This document shows, in pieces, positions 17,071-26,097 of a DNA stretch of 64,000 bases. The position numbers were made by a program, and so were the translations under genes. The notes beneath the pieces were generated by a model. It saw nothing but the letters and a program-made list of their open reading frames with translations, was not told the origin of the DNA and ran no database searches. The stretch's first letter is position 1, and each line of letters begins with the position of its first letter. The DNA lies in contig DATGWP010000024.1 of NCBI GenBank assembly GCA_035299425.1, forward strand, positions 1,120-65,119, written 5' to 3'. Source of the DNA: Chitinophagales bacterium. Lineage in GTDB: Bacteria > Bacteroidota > Bacteroidia > Chitinophagales > LD1.

Positions 17071-18029
17071 ACCAGCGCAGGCTAAGGGCCAATGAACATA
17101 TACGTGAGTTAGCAGCACAGGTATATGTATCACATAAAGATTTTATACAGCCCGTATTTGTTGACGAAGCGTTAACCGAGCGACAATCGGCAAAACACCT
17201 TACCGGTGTGTACACCGAAACCATCGAATCGGTGCTGCAGCAAACTGAAAAGGATATTGCCGGGGGAGTAACTAAATTCCTGCTATTCCCTGTGCCCGCT
17301 CGAAAATCGGAAAATGGATTTTCATTTGATTTTGCTGCGGAGGTTACAAACCGCTTAAAACAAACTTTTGGCAATTCTATCTGGCTGGCAAACGATGTTT
17401 GCCTGTGCAGCTATACCACGCACGGACATTGCGGTATTTTGAGTAAAGAAGGTGACAGGCTTTTAAACGATGATACAGTAATAGTGCTGGCAGATTATGT
17501 TTTGCAATTAGCCCAGGCCGGCAGCAATTGCATAGCCCCCAGCGATATGAGCGACGGCCGCATTAGCGCTATAAGAGAAGCTTTAGATACTAATGGATAC
17601 GACGTCACCGCTATTATGAGTTACGCCGCTAAGTTTAGCTCATCGTTCTACGGACCATTCCGCGATGTATGTAAATCTGCACCGGGCAAAAGCCAGTTGA
17701 ACAACCGGGCTACTTACCAGTTAGATTATAGAAACCATAAAGATGCTTTAGCGACAGCATTACGCGATGCAGAAGAAGGCGCCGATATACTTATGGTAAA
17801 ACCGGCATTGCCTTATCTCGATATTGTTCAAACAATAAATAAGGCGATACCAAAACCGATAGCAGTTTACCACGTAAGTGGGGAATATGCAGCACTGGAG
17901 TTTCTGGCCCAACAACAGTTAGGAGAACGCGCTGCCTTGCACAAAGAAGTATGGACAGCTTTTAAACGAGCCGGCGCATCTGTAATAATATCTTATGCAT
18001 CGAGAGAGGCAAAAGAGTGGCTTCAATAA
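17067..18029 (+). CDS. hemB: Porphobilinogen synthase (delta-aminolevulinate dehydratase), Zn-type
   Basis: MNQRRLRANEHIRELAAQ...FIQPVFVDE. Cys-rich metal site DVCLCSYTTHGHCG. Active-site context SYAAKFSSSFYGPFRD. I place the start at the ATG at 17067, which overlaps the hemC stop as ATGA. The track start at 17046 is an alternative. Confidence 0.9.
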   Translation: MNQRRLRANEHIRELAAQVYVSHKDFIQPVFVDEALTERQSAKHLTGVYTETIESVLQQTEKDIAGGVTKFLLFPVPARKSENGFSFDFAAEVTNRLKQTFGNSIWLANDVCLCSYTTHGHCGILSKEGDRLLNDDTVIVLADYVLQLAQAGSNCIAPSDMSDGRISAIREALDTNGYDVTAIMSYAAKFSSSFYGPFRDVCKSAPGKSQLNNRATYQLDYRNHKDALATALRDAEEGADILMVKPALPYLDIVQTINKAIPKPIAVYHVSGEYAALEFLAQQQLGERAALHKEVWTAFKRAGASVIISYASREAKEWLQ

Positions 18030-18031
18030 GC

Positions 18032-18427
18032 CTAAGACTCTCCTAGTTTACCTACCAGGCCCATAACCTTATTGAACTGCTTCTCTACAACCGAGTAGAA
18101 GATGTATTTTCCATCACGCTCGGTTTTTACCAGGCCTGCAGTACGTAAAATGGCCAAATGCTGCGACATAATAGATTGCTCTACTTTTAGCTTAGAGCAA
18201 AGTTCGCTTACCACACTTTGATTATTTGAAATAACGTAGCGAAGTATTCTTTGCCTGTCTGCATTCTGCACCGCACGAATAAGGAATGCTGCCCGATTGA
18301 TGTTCTTGGCATTGTCCTTAATTACCTGCGCTTTAGCTGCATTTGCAACCTTATCGGCTTTAGTAACTTTTGTTTTTTTGGGGGTCATGTTGTTGTTTTT
18401 AGCTGTATTTGATGTTTTAGCGGCCAC
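18032..18427 (-). CDS. ArsR/SmtB-family transcriptional regulator with a lysine-rich N-terminal tail
   Basis: Winged-HTH core RQRILRYVISNNQSVVSELCSKLKVEQSIMSQHLAILRTAGLVKTERDGKYIFYS. The track start is a GTG at 18427; the ATG at 18388 (MTPKKTK..) is an alternative. Confidence 0.8.
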   Translation of the reverse strand: MAAKTSNTAKNNNMTPKKTKVTKADKVANAAKAQVIKDNAKNINRAAFLIRAVQNADRQRILRYVISNNQSVVSELCSKLKVEQSIMSQHLAILRTAGLVKTERDGKYIFYSVVEKQFNKVMGLVGKLGES

Positions 18428-18430
18428 AAG

Positions 18431-18526
18431 TTATTACATTTTTTGTAATACAAAGGTAGAAAAACATAATGAATGCTATACCATGATTCAGTTATGCCTG
18501 TTGGAGACCTATCTGATACATCAGAT
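18431..18526. promoter_or_regulatory. Candidate operators upstream of the ArsR-family gene: IR ATTACA-N5-TGTAAT (18433-18449) and perfect palindrome ATCTGATACATCAGAT (18511-18526)
   Basis: Both inverted repeats read directly from the sequence. The 7-2-7 palindrome has too short a loop for an RNA hairpin, so a protein-binding site is more likely. Confidence 0.3.
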
Positions 18527-18624
18527 AATTTAAGAATGCGATAAATCTGAAAGTCATCCATTTCCGTTTCATGCACACCCCCTAAGTTGTCATGTCTAGG
18601 CGCAAAAATGTGCCCTTTAGTAGA

Positions 18625-18909
18625 TCAGATGCTTAGCACATCGGCAAATTCGGGTGTCTTATCAAACACCGATTTCGCAAAAGGGCATAATGGCAAAATC
18701 TTTACCTTATGCTCCCGGGCATATTCCACCGCCGATGTTACCAGCTTTTTCCCCGCACCAGTACCACGCAGTGCGTCACTCACTTCGGTATGATCAATTA
18801 TAATAAGATTCTCTCCTGCTTTGCTAAAAGTCATCTCGGCCAGGCGCTTGCCGTTTTCCTCCACATAAAAAGCGCCTTTGTTGCCTTCTTGTTCAAGTTG
18901 TATTTGCAT
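18625..18909 (-). CDS. Small GNAT-like N-acetyltransferase (YjdJ-type single-domain)
   Basis: 94 aa. F.VEENGKRLAEMTFSKAGENLIIIDHTEV..ALRGTGAGKKLV...A...K.LPLCPF matches the short GNAT (PF14542-like) pattern. Confidence 0.75.
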   Translation of the reverse strand: MQIQLEQEGNKGAFYVEENGKRLAEMTFSKAGENLIIIDHTEVSDALRGTGAGKKLVTSAVEYAREHKVKILPLCPFAKSVFDKTPEFADVLSI

Positions 18910-19005
18910 ACAACAAAAATAAGCATTCGGACGCGACTATTAATACTGAAGAAAAGTTAATTACAGGCTCTTTTCCATTTGTCTTATTTCTTCTAACTTG
19001 CCAGC

Positions 19006-19509
19006 ATGAAAATCTCAATAGTAGTAGCTGTTGCCGACAACAATGCCATTGGTGTAAATGGGAAATTGCCCTGGAAATTGCCTAAGGATATGCAGTACTT
19101 TAAAGAAGTTACCTGGGGCCACCATGTATTAATGGGCCGCAAAACCTGGGACGGTATCCCTCCAAAATTCAGTCCGTTGCCAGGCCGCGTTAACATCATT
19201 GTTACACGCCAGAAGGGGTTTGTATGCGAAGGCTGCAAAGTTGTGGAAAGCGTAGAAGAGGGCATTGAGTTTGCGCGGCAAAGTGGTGAGCAGGAACTGA
19301 TGATTATTGGGGGCGGTGAAATTTACAAACAAGCCCTGCCTAAAACTGATAAGATATATCTAACCAAGGTGCATCACACATTTACCGATGCCGACACCTT
19401 TTTCCAGGAACTTAAGGAAGATGATTGGCAAACTACCAACAGCGAATGGAATATGGCCGATGAAAAAAACGAATTTGATTTCGAATTTCTGGTGCTGGAA
19501 AAAAAATAG
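19006..19509 (+). CDS. folA: Dihydrofolate reductase
   Basis: 167 aa. ISIVVAVADNNAIGVNGKLPWKLPKDMQYFKEVT..VLMGRKTWDGIP, IIGGGEIY. Confidence 0.92.
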   Translation: MKISIVVAVADNNAIGVNGKLPWKLPKDMQYFKEVTWGHHVLMGRKTWDGIPPKFSPLPGRVNIIVTRQKGFVCEGCKVVESVEEGIEFARQSGEQELMIIGGGEIYKQALPKTDKIYLTKVHHTFTDADTFFQELKEDDWQTTNSEWNMADEKNEFDFEFLVLEKK

Positions 19510-19577
19510 CTATTGTATAATGCGCTAAACACATGTTTAATGCAAAGCGAAAAGCAGAACAGCACGCCCTGAGTGTT

Positions 19578-22469
19578 TTACCGCGCTAGTATAACAGAAA
19601 CAGCGCGGCTTGTAAGCGCAGATTGCACCTTTACCGTATAAACCCCATTGGGTAAGGCACTCAAATCAACAGTGCAGGCATTGGCTCTTTGCATATCTGC
19701 AAGTGGCACAGATTTCACCATCTGTCCGATTGTATTGAATACATTGATATCATCTGTAACAACTTCTAAGCTATTCAGGTTCACAAGCACAATTCCGCTG
19801 GTAGGATTTGGGTAAACTGTTACAGAACTATTATCAATATTATACAAACCTGACACAGTTACCTGCACCGGGGCAGATGTATCTGAACAGCCAGCAGCAT
19901 CCGTAACTATCACACTATAACTACCATCTACCTGTGCAGCTAATGTGGAGGAAGTACCATTATTTATAACAGCCCCGTTAAGTAACCACTGATAGCCGCT
20001 ATATGTCTGTACACTAAGCAAATTTCCTTGCTGCAACACTACCGGTACCGGCAAAAAATTAACCGCAACTACAACCGTATCTCGGCGGGACTGATGACAA
20101 CCACCACCTTTAACCCGTAGTTCTGCTACATAGATACCCGGAATAGTATAAACCGCTGTAGTTAAAACACTACCATTAACAACAGGATCAATAGCGCCCT
20201 GCAGGTTCCATATCAACGAATCCTGCCCAGTAGAACCGGTGGCATCAAAAGTAATGCTTTGACCGGCACATACAGTTGTGGCTGTTTCAGTAAATGTAGC
20301 CAGTGCGGGTTGATTGGTAATATATGGATGCATAATAAGAGAAGCATTTATGGCAGATGTACCCGGTGAACCATACATATACCAGATGTTATTACTCTGG
20401 CGTTCCCATATAGCCGAAGGTACAGTTTGCCCGTTCATATTACTTGCAATAGCGAGAGTATCACGAGGTGTGCATGTCCAGCATAAGTTGCTTATATCCA
20501 CGCTGACAAAAAACTTACCTGATGCAGGTAATGCTACCGCAGGGTCAAATTCAACCTGGGTGTAGTTACCGGTTTGTGCTTTGGGTATAATTGCCGCCAT
20601 GGTAACATCCTCGTAACCCAGCAGCGCACCCGGCACGCCTGATGTTCCATCATATATCTTTATGGCTACTGTTTTTTCAGTATTGCTGCTGTATGCTTTA
20701 GTGAAAGCTATGTTTGTTTTAGTAAGGTACGAAGCCGGTGTTGCCGACATATCATAATACATAGCCTTTTCTTTATCGCCGTATACGTTGGTACCATTCG
20801 TATAGCCATTATTAGCACCTTCGTTGTAATTAGCGCCACTCCAGCCAGCCGGCAATGGATAATTAACCGAACGGCAAGGCAAAGGGTTACCTACCGTAAT
20901 GTAGCTATTTGTTGTTTTGGTGTTATTTCCGTTGCCGTTGCTAACGGTTAGCGAAACATCGTAAGTGCCCGGGGCAGAATAAAAAATGGGAGGAGGTGTT
21001 TGGCCGGTATAAGTAGAAGGCGTGCCACCCGGAAAACTCCATACCCAGGTCCAGGGTATATTAGCTGATGTATCGGTAAACGTTACATTACCGCCTGCAG
21101 TAAGGCTGGTTTGGTTAGCTTTAAAACCGGCAATGGGTTGTAACGTTAATGCAGTATTTACGCACTTCATTGCAGACAAAGCGTTAATCCTTCCAGTGCC
21201 CAGCGAACCCACATACCACGGGTTCATAGCGTCAATATTATCGGCACTGTTAAGCATACAATTTACTAGTGCATCGTTGGGCATGGCTGGCACCATCGAT
21301 TTCATTAACCCAAGCAAGCCAGCTACTAATGGCGAAGAAAATGAGGTCCCCCACTCATTATCATAAGTGCTGTTAACCTGTGTGGTATAAACGGCTGAGC
21401 CCGGCGCGCAAACTGATACCCAAGATCCGTAATTGGAAAATGAAGACCTCTCATCACTGCTTGTAGTTGAGCCCACCGCAATCACGCTATCGTAAGCTGC
21501 AGGATAAAATCGCACATCTGTATCATCATTACCCGCACCAGCTACCAGTATACACCCCTGGCTTACAGCATAATTAATTATGTTTTGTTCGGTAACAGAA
21601 TACTGATCACTTCCCCACGACATATTAATAATATCAGCGCCAGCCGAAGCTGCATAATATACCCCTTCAAAAGCACCATATATATTTCCGGGGTCTCCCA
21701 AAGTAGCACCACTCTTTACACACATCAGTTTACAGCTATAACCTATACCCGCTATACCAATTGAATTATTAGTTGCAGCCGATGCCATACCCGCAACCCC
21801 TGTACCATGGTCAAATGATGGATCTGAGGGAGAGGGGTCCCCATCATCATCGCCAGCATCGTACCCATTAACATCATCTATATAACCGTTATTATCATCG
21901 TCTATACCGTTGCCTGCAATCTCGCCCGCGTTTACCCATAAATTAGGAGCAAGGTCAGGGTGAGATGTTTCAACAGCATCGTCAACTATTGCAATTACAA
22001 TATTGCTACCAGTAGAAAAATAGTTCCATGCCGAATCTGCTTTGATGGTATTTAAATGCCATTGTGCGGCGTAGTAGCTGTCGTTAGGTGCTGCGGCAGT
22101 GCGGTGCAAAGGTACTCTTTCGGCATATTCAACTTCTTTGCATTGTTGCAACATTTTAATAGTGACGTCCACCTGCTCATCATTATTAAGCTGCAATAAA
22201 TAAGTACGTTGTAGTGCTGCAGTTGTTTTTGAAGCTATAAATGGCATCGAAAGCTTCTTTATACCAGCCTGCGCGGATACTTTATCTAAAAAAGGAAGTG
22301 TGGATAGGGGGACATCGGCATAGTTACCTACTTTTATTTTTCCCGGTATTTCATCGTTTTTAATCTTAAACCATATTTTACCTTCCTGGAATTTTTGGGG
22401 CGATACGGTTTGTGCCATACTAATGGCGCTACAGGCAAAGGCTGCCAACAGCAATAGAGCTTTTCTCAT
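19578..22469 (-). CDS. Secreted S8 (subtilisin-family) serine peptidase with PKD-like domains and a T9SS type-A C-terminal sorting domain
   Basis: 963 aa. Signal peptide. Catalytic D (AIVDDAV), H (HGTGVAGMA) and S (GTSFSSPLVAG). C-terminus VTVYPNPTSGIVLVNL...VYTVKVQS. Confidence 0.88.
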   Translation of the reverse strand: MRKALLLLAAFACSAISMAQTVSPQKFQEGKIWFKIKNDEIPGKIKVGNYADVPLSTLPFLDKVSAQAGIKKLSMPFIASKTTAALQRTYLLQLNNDEQVDVTIKMLQQCKEVEYAERVPLHRTAAAPNDSYYAAQWHLNTIKADSAWNYFSTGSNIVIAIVDDAVETSHPDLAPNLWVNAGEIAGNGIDDDNNGYIDDVNGYDAGDDDGDPSPSDPSFDHGTGVAGMASAATNNSIGIAGIGYSCKLMCVKSGATLGDPGNIYGAFEGVYYAASAGADIINMSWGSDQYSVTEQNIINYAVSQGCILVAGAGNDDTDVRFYPAAYDSVIAVGSTTSSDERSSFSNYGSWVSVCAPGSAVYTTQVNSTYDNEWGTSFSSPLVAGLLGLMKSMVPAMPNDALVNCMLNSADNIDAMNPWYVGSLGTGRINALSAMKCVNTALTLQPIAGFKANQTSLTAGGNVTFTDTSANIPWTWVWSFPGGTPSTYTGQTPPPIFYSAPGTYDVSLTVSNGNGNNTKTTNSYITVGNPLPCRSVNYPLPAGWSGANYNEGANNGYTNGTNVYGDKEKAMYYDMSATPASYLTKTNIAFTKAYSSNTEKTVAIKIYDGTSGVPGALLGYEDVTMAAIIPKAQTGNYTQVEFDPAVALPASGKFFVSVDISNLCWTCTPRDTLAIASNMNGQTVPSAIWERQSNNIWYMYGSPGTSAINASLIMHPYITNQPALATFTETATTVCAGQSITFDATGSTGQDSLIWNLQGAIDPVVNGSVLTTAVYTIPGIYVAELRVKGGGCHQSRRDTVVVAVNFLPVPVVLQQGNLLSVQTYSGYQWLLNGAVINNGTSSTLAAQVDGSYSVIVTDAAGCSDTSAPVQVTVSGLYNIDNSSVTVYPNPTSGIVLVNLNSLEVVTDDINVFNTIGQMVKSVPLADMQRANACTVDLSALPNGVYTVKVQSALTSRAVSVILAR

Positions 22470-22536
22470 TAATTTGTGGATATTAAATGCGCGGTAATAT
22501 TAATATATTACATGAATATTGCAATTGCAGTAGGCA

Positions 22537-24756
22537 CTATTCGTCCTCCGAATCGAACCTGTTCACTTCCAGCAGGCCATCCAGCGCACCTAAGCGGGCA
22601 GTAAGATCTTCCAACTCCTCTGTATCGTGTACATAAACCATTATCCGGCCCTCGAACACACCATCTTTACTATCAAACGAAATTGAGCGCATATTCAGGT
22701 TCATTTGCCCGGTAATGATATTGGTGATTTTGTTTACCAGCCCCACATCATCTATACCTGTAAGCTTAATACCTGTAAGGAAAGCAATTTCATGCTGCTT
22801 GGTCCATTTGGTTTTTATAATACGGTAAGCGTATTTACTCATTAACTGCACCGCATTGGGGCAATTGGTGCGGTGTATCTTTATACCCTCGTTAATGGTT
22901 AAAAAGCCAAACACATCGTCGCCGGGTATAGGGTTACAACAAGGGGCAAATTTATAATCTATTTTATCGGCGCTTTCGCCCATTATCAGCAGCTCTGCAT
23001 TCTTTTGAAGGGTTTGCTTAACAGCCTCATCAATATTAGAAGCCTGGCTAACATTAGCCGGTTTAGGCAGTTTAATCTTCCCTCCTACTACATCAAACTT
23101 ATTAAACTCTGCTACATCTATTTTCCGGTTGGCAACACTGAAATACAAATCGAGCGGAGATATCATTTTGTAGTAATTCATCAGCAACAAAATGTTAGCC
23201 TCGCTTACTTCAATTTTCAAACTCTTCAACTTGCGCTCCAGAGTTTCTTTCCCCTCTGCACCAATTTTCTTTTTGTCTTCTTTAAGTGATTGCTTAATAA
23301 CCGACCGTGCCTTGGCTGTAACTACAAAATTCAGCCAGTCTTCATTAGGCATTTGCTTGTTACTGGTTAATATTTCTACCTGGTCACCATTTTTAAGAAT
23401 GTGACTCAGCGGCACCAGTTTGGTGTTCACCTTGGCACCAATACACTTTTTACCTACACCACTGTGTATTTCAAATGCGAAATCGAGGGCCGTGGCCCCT
23501 TTCCGTAAACGCTTAAGGTCGCCTTTGGGTGTAAACACAAATATCTCTTCGCTAAACAACTCATGCTTAAAATCATTCACTACTTCCAGTGCAGTAGTAT
23601 CTGTATTGCTAAGCACGCCGCGTATTTTCTCCAGCCATTCATCCATAGCCGTATCTGCGTTGCCCTCCTTGTATTTCCAGTGCGCAGCAAAACCCTTCTC
23701 GGCTATCTCATGCATCCGCTCAGTGCGTATCTGTATTTCTACCCATTTACCGGTGCTACTCATTACCGTAGTATGCAGCGCCTCGTAACCATTGGTTTTG
23801 GGGTTGCTAAGCCAGTCGCGGAGTCTGTCGGGGTTTGGATGGTATATATCTGTAATAGCCGAATAAACACCCCAGCAATCACTTTTCTCTTTATCTACCG
23901 ATGAAGACTTAAGGATTATTCTAATAGCAAACAAATCGTAAATCTCTTCAAATGGGACCCCCTTATTCTTTATTTTATTGTAGATAGAATAAATGGATTT
24001 AGGCCTGCCATATATATCGAAGTTAAAGCCGCGCCTTTCCAGTTCTTCTTTAAGCGGGCGAATAAAATCGTGAATAAACTTTGCGCGCTCCTTCTTTTTT
24101 TCTGCAAGCTTTTGGGCTATGTCACGGTATAGGTCTGGCTCAGTATATTTAAGCGCTAAATCCTCCAACTCTGTTTTCATGGCATATAAACCCATGCGAT
24201 GGGCCAAAGGCGCGTATAAAAACATGGTTTCGCTGGCTATTTTCAGTTGCTTCTCACGCTTAAGCGAGTCAAGCGTTCGCATGTTGTGTAACCGGTCGGC
24301 AAGCTTTATAAGAATAACCCGTATATCATCATTGAGGGTTAATAGTAGCTTTCTGAAATTCTCGGCTTGTATAGATGAGTTAAGGTCAAAAATGCCGGAT
24401 ATCTTGGTAAGCCCGTCAACAATTTTAGAAACCTCCTTATTAAATGTTTTCTCAACCTCCTCCAGCGTAACCTCGGTATCTTCTACCGTATCGTGCAGCA
24501 ACGCACAGATGACCGAGGTGGCGTCCAGTCCCATCTCCTCGCTTACAATTTTAGCCACGGCAATGGGATGCATTACGTAGGGCTCCCCACTTTTACGGCG
24601 CATATCCTTGTGGCTTTCCATAGCAAGTTCAAAAGCCACCCGTATCATTTTCCTTTCCTGCGGGCTTATGCTCTTACGCAGTGAACGGAGAAGGCTACGG
24701 TATTCCTTCAAAATCATCTTCTTTCCACCTTCAATGTCTATCGTTGCGTTTTCCAT
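22537..24756 (-). CDS. relA: Bifunctional (p)ppGpp synthetase/hydrolase (RelA/SpoT homolog)
   Basis: 739 aa. HD hydrolase domain (HPIAVA..LLHDTVEDT), synthetase domain (YSIYNKI..DLFAIRIIL..GYEALHTTV), then TGS and ACT regions. Confidence 0.92.
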   Translation of the reverse strand: MENATIDIEGGKKMILKEYRSLLRSLRKSISPQERKMIRVAFELAMESHKDMRRKSGEPYVMHPIAVAKIVSEEMGLDATSVICALLHDTVEDTEVTLEEVEKTFNKEVSKIVDGLTKISGIFDLNSSIQAENFRKLLLTLNDDIRVILIKLADRLHNMRTLDSLKREKQLKIASETMFLYAPLAHRMGLYAMKTELEDLALKYTEPDLYRDIAQKLAEKKKERAKFIHDFIRPLKEELERRGFNFDIYGRPKSIYSIYNKIKNKGVPFEEIYDLFAIRIILKSSSVDKEKSDCWGVYSAITDIYHPNPDRLRDWLSNPKTNGYEALHTTVMSSTGKWVEIQIRTERMHEIAEKGFAAHWKYKEGNADTAMDEWLEKIRGVLSNTDTTALEVVNDFKHELFSEEIFVFTPKGDLKRLRKGATALDFAFEIHSGVGKKCIGAKVNTKLVPLSHILKNGDQVEILTSNKQMPNEDWLNFVVTAKARSVIKQSLKEDKKKIGAEGKETLERKLKSLKIEVSEANILLLMNYYKMISPLDLYFSVANRKIDVAEFNKFDVVGGKIKLPKPANVSQASNIDEAVKQTLQKNAELLIMGESADKIDYKFAPCCNPIPGDDVFGFLTINEGIKIHRTNCPNAVQLMSKYAYRIIKTKWTKQHEIAFLTGIKLTGIDDVGLVNKITNIITGQMNLNMRSISFDSKDGVFEGRIMVYVHDTEELEDLTARLGALDGLLEVNRFDSEDE

Positions 24757-24943
24757 TTGCTTAAATATACGCTCAATTCAGCGCAAAAAAAAGTTTACTA
24801 AAATCAATTGATTGTTAAAGTGCAAGTTGGAGCAAACACCAGTGTATTTTAAAGGTGACTTATTAACTGTTTTTGGTGATTGTCTATTCTGGCTGCATAC
24901 CATCCGGCAGTTGCTAAATAACTGGTTAAACGCAAGAGAGAGT

Positions 24944-25954
24944 TTATTGTTTGGTCGCTGTAACTTCCTCGTATACCAGACGTGAGATGTCAGAAATTAT
25001 GCCCGACAATTGAGTATTATCATTTCCCCGGGTCATAATACAGAGTAAGTATGGTGAACCCGCCAGATAAATAATACCACATTCATGCAATTGCTTTTGG
25101 CCCGAGCCCGTAACTGCGCTTTCGCTAAATTTATGCGCAATTTGAGTGCCCCGGGGAATACCGGCTGCAATACCTTTATCATAATTATTAGTACTTAATA
25201 TACCCAGCGCCTTTTCAGACATAGCGCGACTAAGATAAGTGGCATTATAAAGCAATCTGAAAAAGCCCGAATAATCCCTTACTGAAACAAGAATGCTATC
25301 GATGTTGCCTGCTGTATTAACACCAATATCAGACATTACAGTCATTATAAAGCCGGCATCTAACTGCTGCTCCAGCAGGGCCTTAGCTTCATAATCTGAA
25401 TTAAGTATCATTCTGTTTACAAGATCCTCTATAGAATATTTGGCCCCCGGCTTTATAAGCGAGGAAGACAAAGGCTCATCTACGGGTTTGATTATACGGC
25501 TATTGTACTTTACCTGTTGTTTAAAAAAACCTGGTTGTGCATCTTCTTTCTTTAGTGCAGCAATCATTATGGGAACCCGTAGTAAGTTGGCAGGCGAAAA
25601 CTTTTCACTTTCGTGAATACCCATCCAGGGACCAAAATTCAAATCGCGGAAATAGACGGATATAAAAGTGGCTTTGTTCTGTTCTTTTGCAGTGTTAATG
25701 TAAGAAATAACTTTCTGCTGCATTTGTGCAACAGAGTTAAGAGGTGATGGATGATAGTTATCGCATTCCAGCAAAGGATTAATATAGGTGTACCCACCTA
25801 AGCGATACTCATTAATTTCTGAACTCCTAACAACTGCTTTTCCGGGAACGTCAGAGTTAGGTTGGGTAAAAGTTAACCGCCCAATAAAATATCCTGCTAA
25901 TGCAGTGAGAGAGCCTAATACAAAAAAGACTAAATACTTAACACGTTTATTCAT
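24944..25954 (-). CDS. Class-A beta-lactamase-like (serine-hydrolase fold) protein, membrane-anchored; catalytic motifs appear substituted
   Basis: Motif-level resemblance only: FSPANLLRV where the F.xASxxK motif is expected, SDYEAKALL, AHKFSES where KTG is expected. Start moved to the ATG at 25954 (MNKRVKYLVFFVLG..) because the track's extension to 25996 overlaps a strong terminator hairpin. Confidence 0.45.
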   Translation of the reverse strand: MNKRVKYLVFFVLGSLTALAGYFIGRLTFTQPNSDVPGKAVVRSSEINEYRLGGYTYINPLLECDNYHPSPLNSVAQMQQKVISYINTAKEQNKATFISVYFRDLNFGPWMGIHESEKFSPANLLRVPIMIAALKKEDAQPGFFKQQVKYNSRIIKPVDEPLSSSLIKPGAKYSIEDLVNRMILNSDYEAKALLEQQLDAGFIMTVMSDIGVNTAGNIDSILVSVRDYSGFFRLLYNATYLSRAMSEKALGILSTNNYDKGIAAGIPRGTQIAHKFSESAVTGSGQKQLHECGIIYLAGSPYLLCIMTRGNDNTQLSGIISDISRLVYEEVTATKQ

Positions 25955-25964
25955 TTGAATACAT

Positions 25965-26006
25965 AAAAAAGACCAAAGCCGTAAATTTTCCTTCAAAATT
26001 TACGGC
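25965..26006 (-). terminator. Rho-independent terminator of the response-regulator/histidine-kinase operon
   Basis: Perfect 12-bp stem GCCGTAAATTTT (25978-25989) / AAAATTTACGGC (25995-26006) with loop CCTTC. On the minus strand it is followed by UUUGGUCUUUUUU. Confidence 0.75.
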
Positions 26007-26097
26007 GAAGGCCCTTCTTAACCTGTTCTTAAATCCAATTTAAAAAAACATTTACGATGCAATACTATCATAGCTTGCAAAAGCAACAGATTAGAAG

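Noticed and set aside
25955-25996. N-terminal 14 codons (MKENLRLWSFLCIQ) of the track ORF 24944..25996
   Set aside because: This stretch coincides with the 12-bp perfect stem and U-tract of the upstream operon's terminator. The downstream ATG at 25954 gives a normal basic-then-hydrophobic N-terminus.
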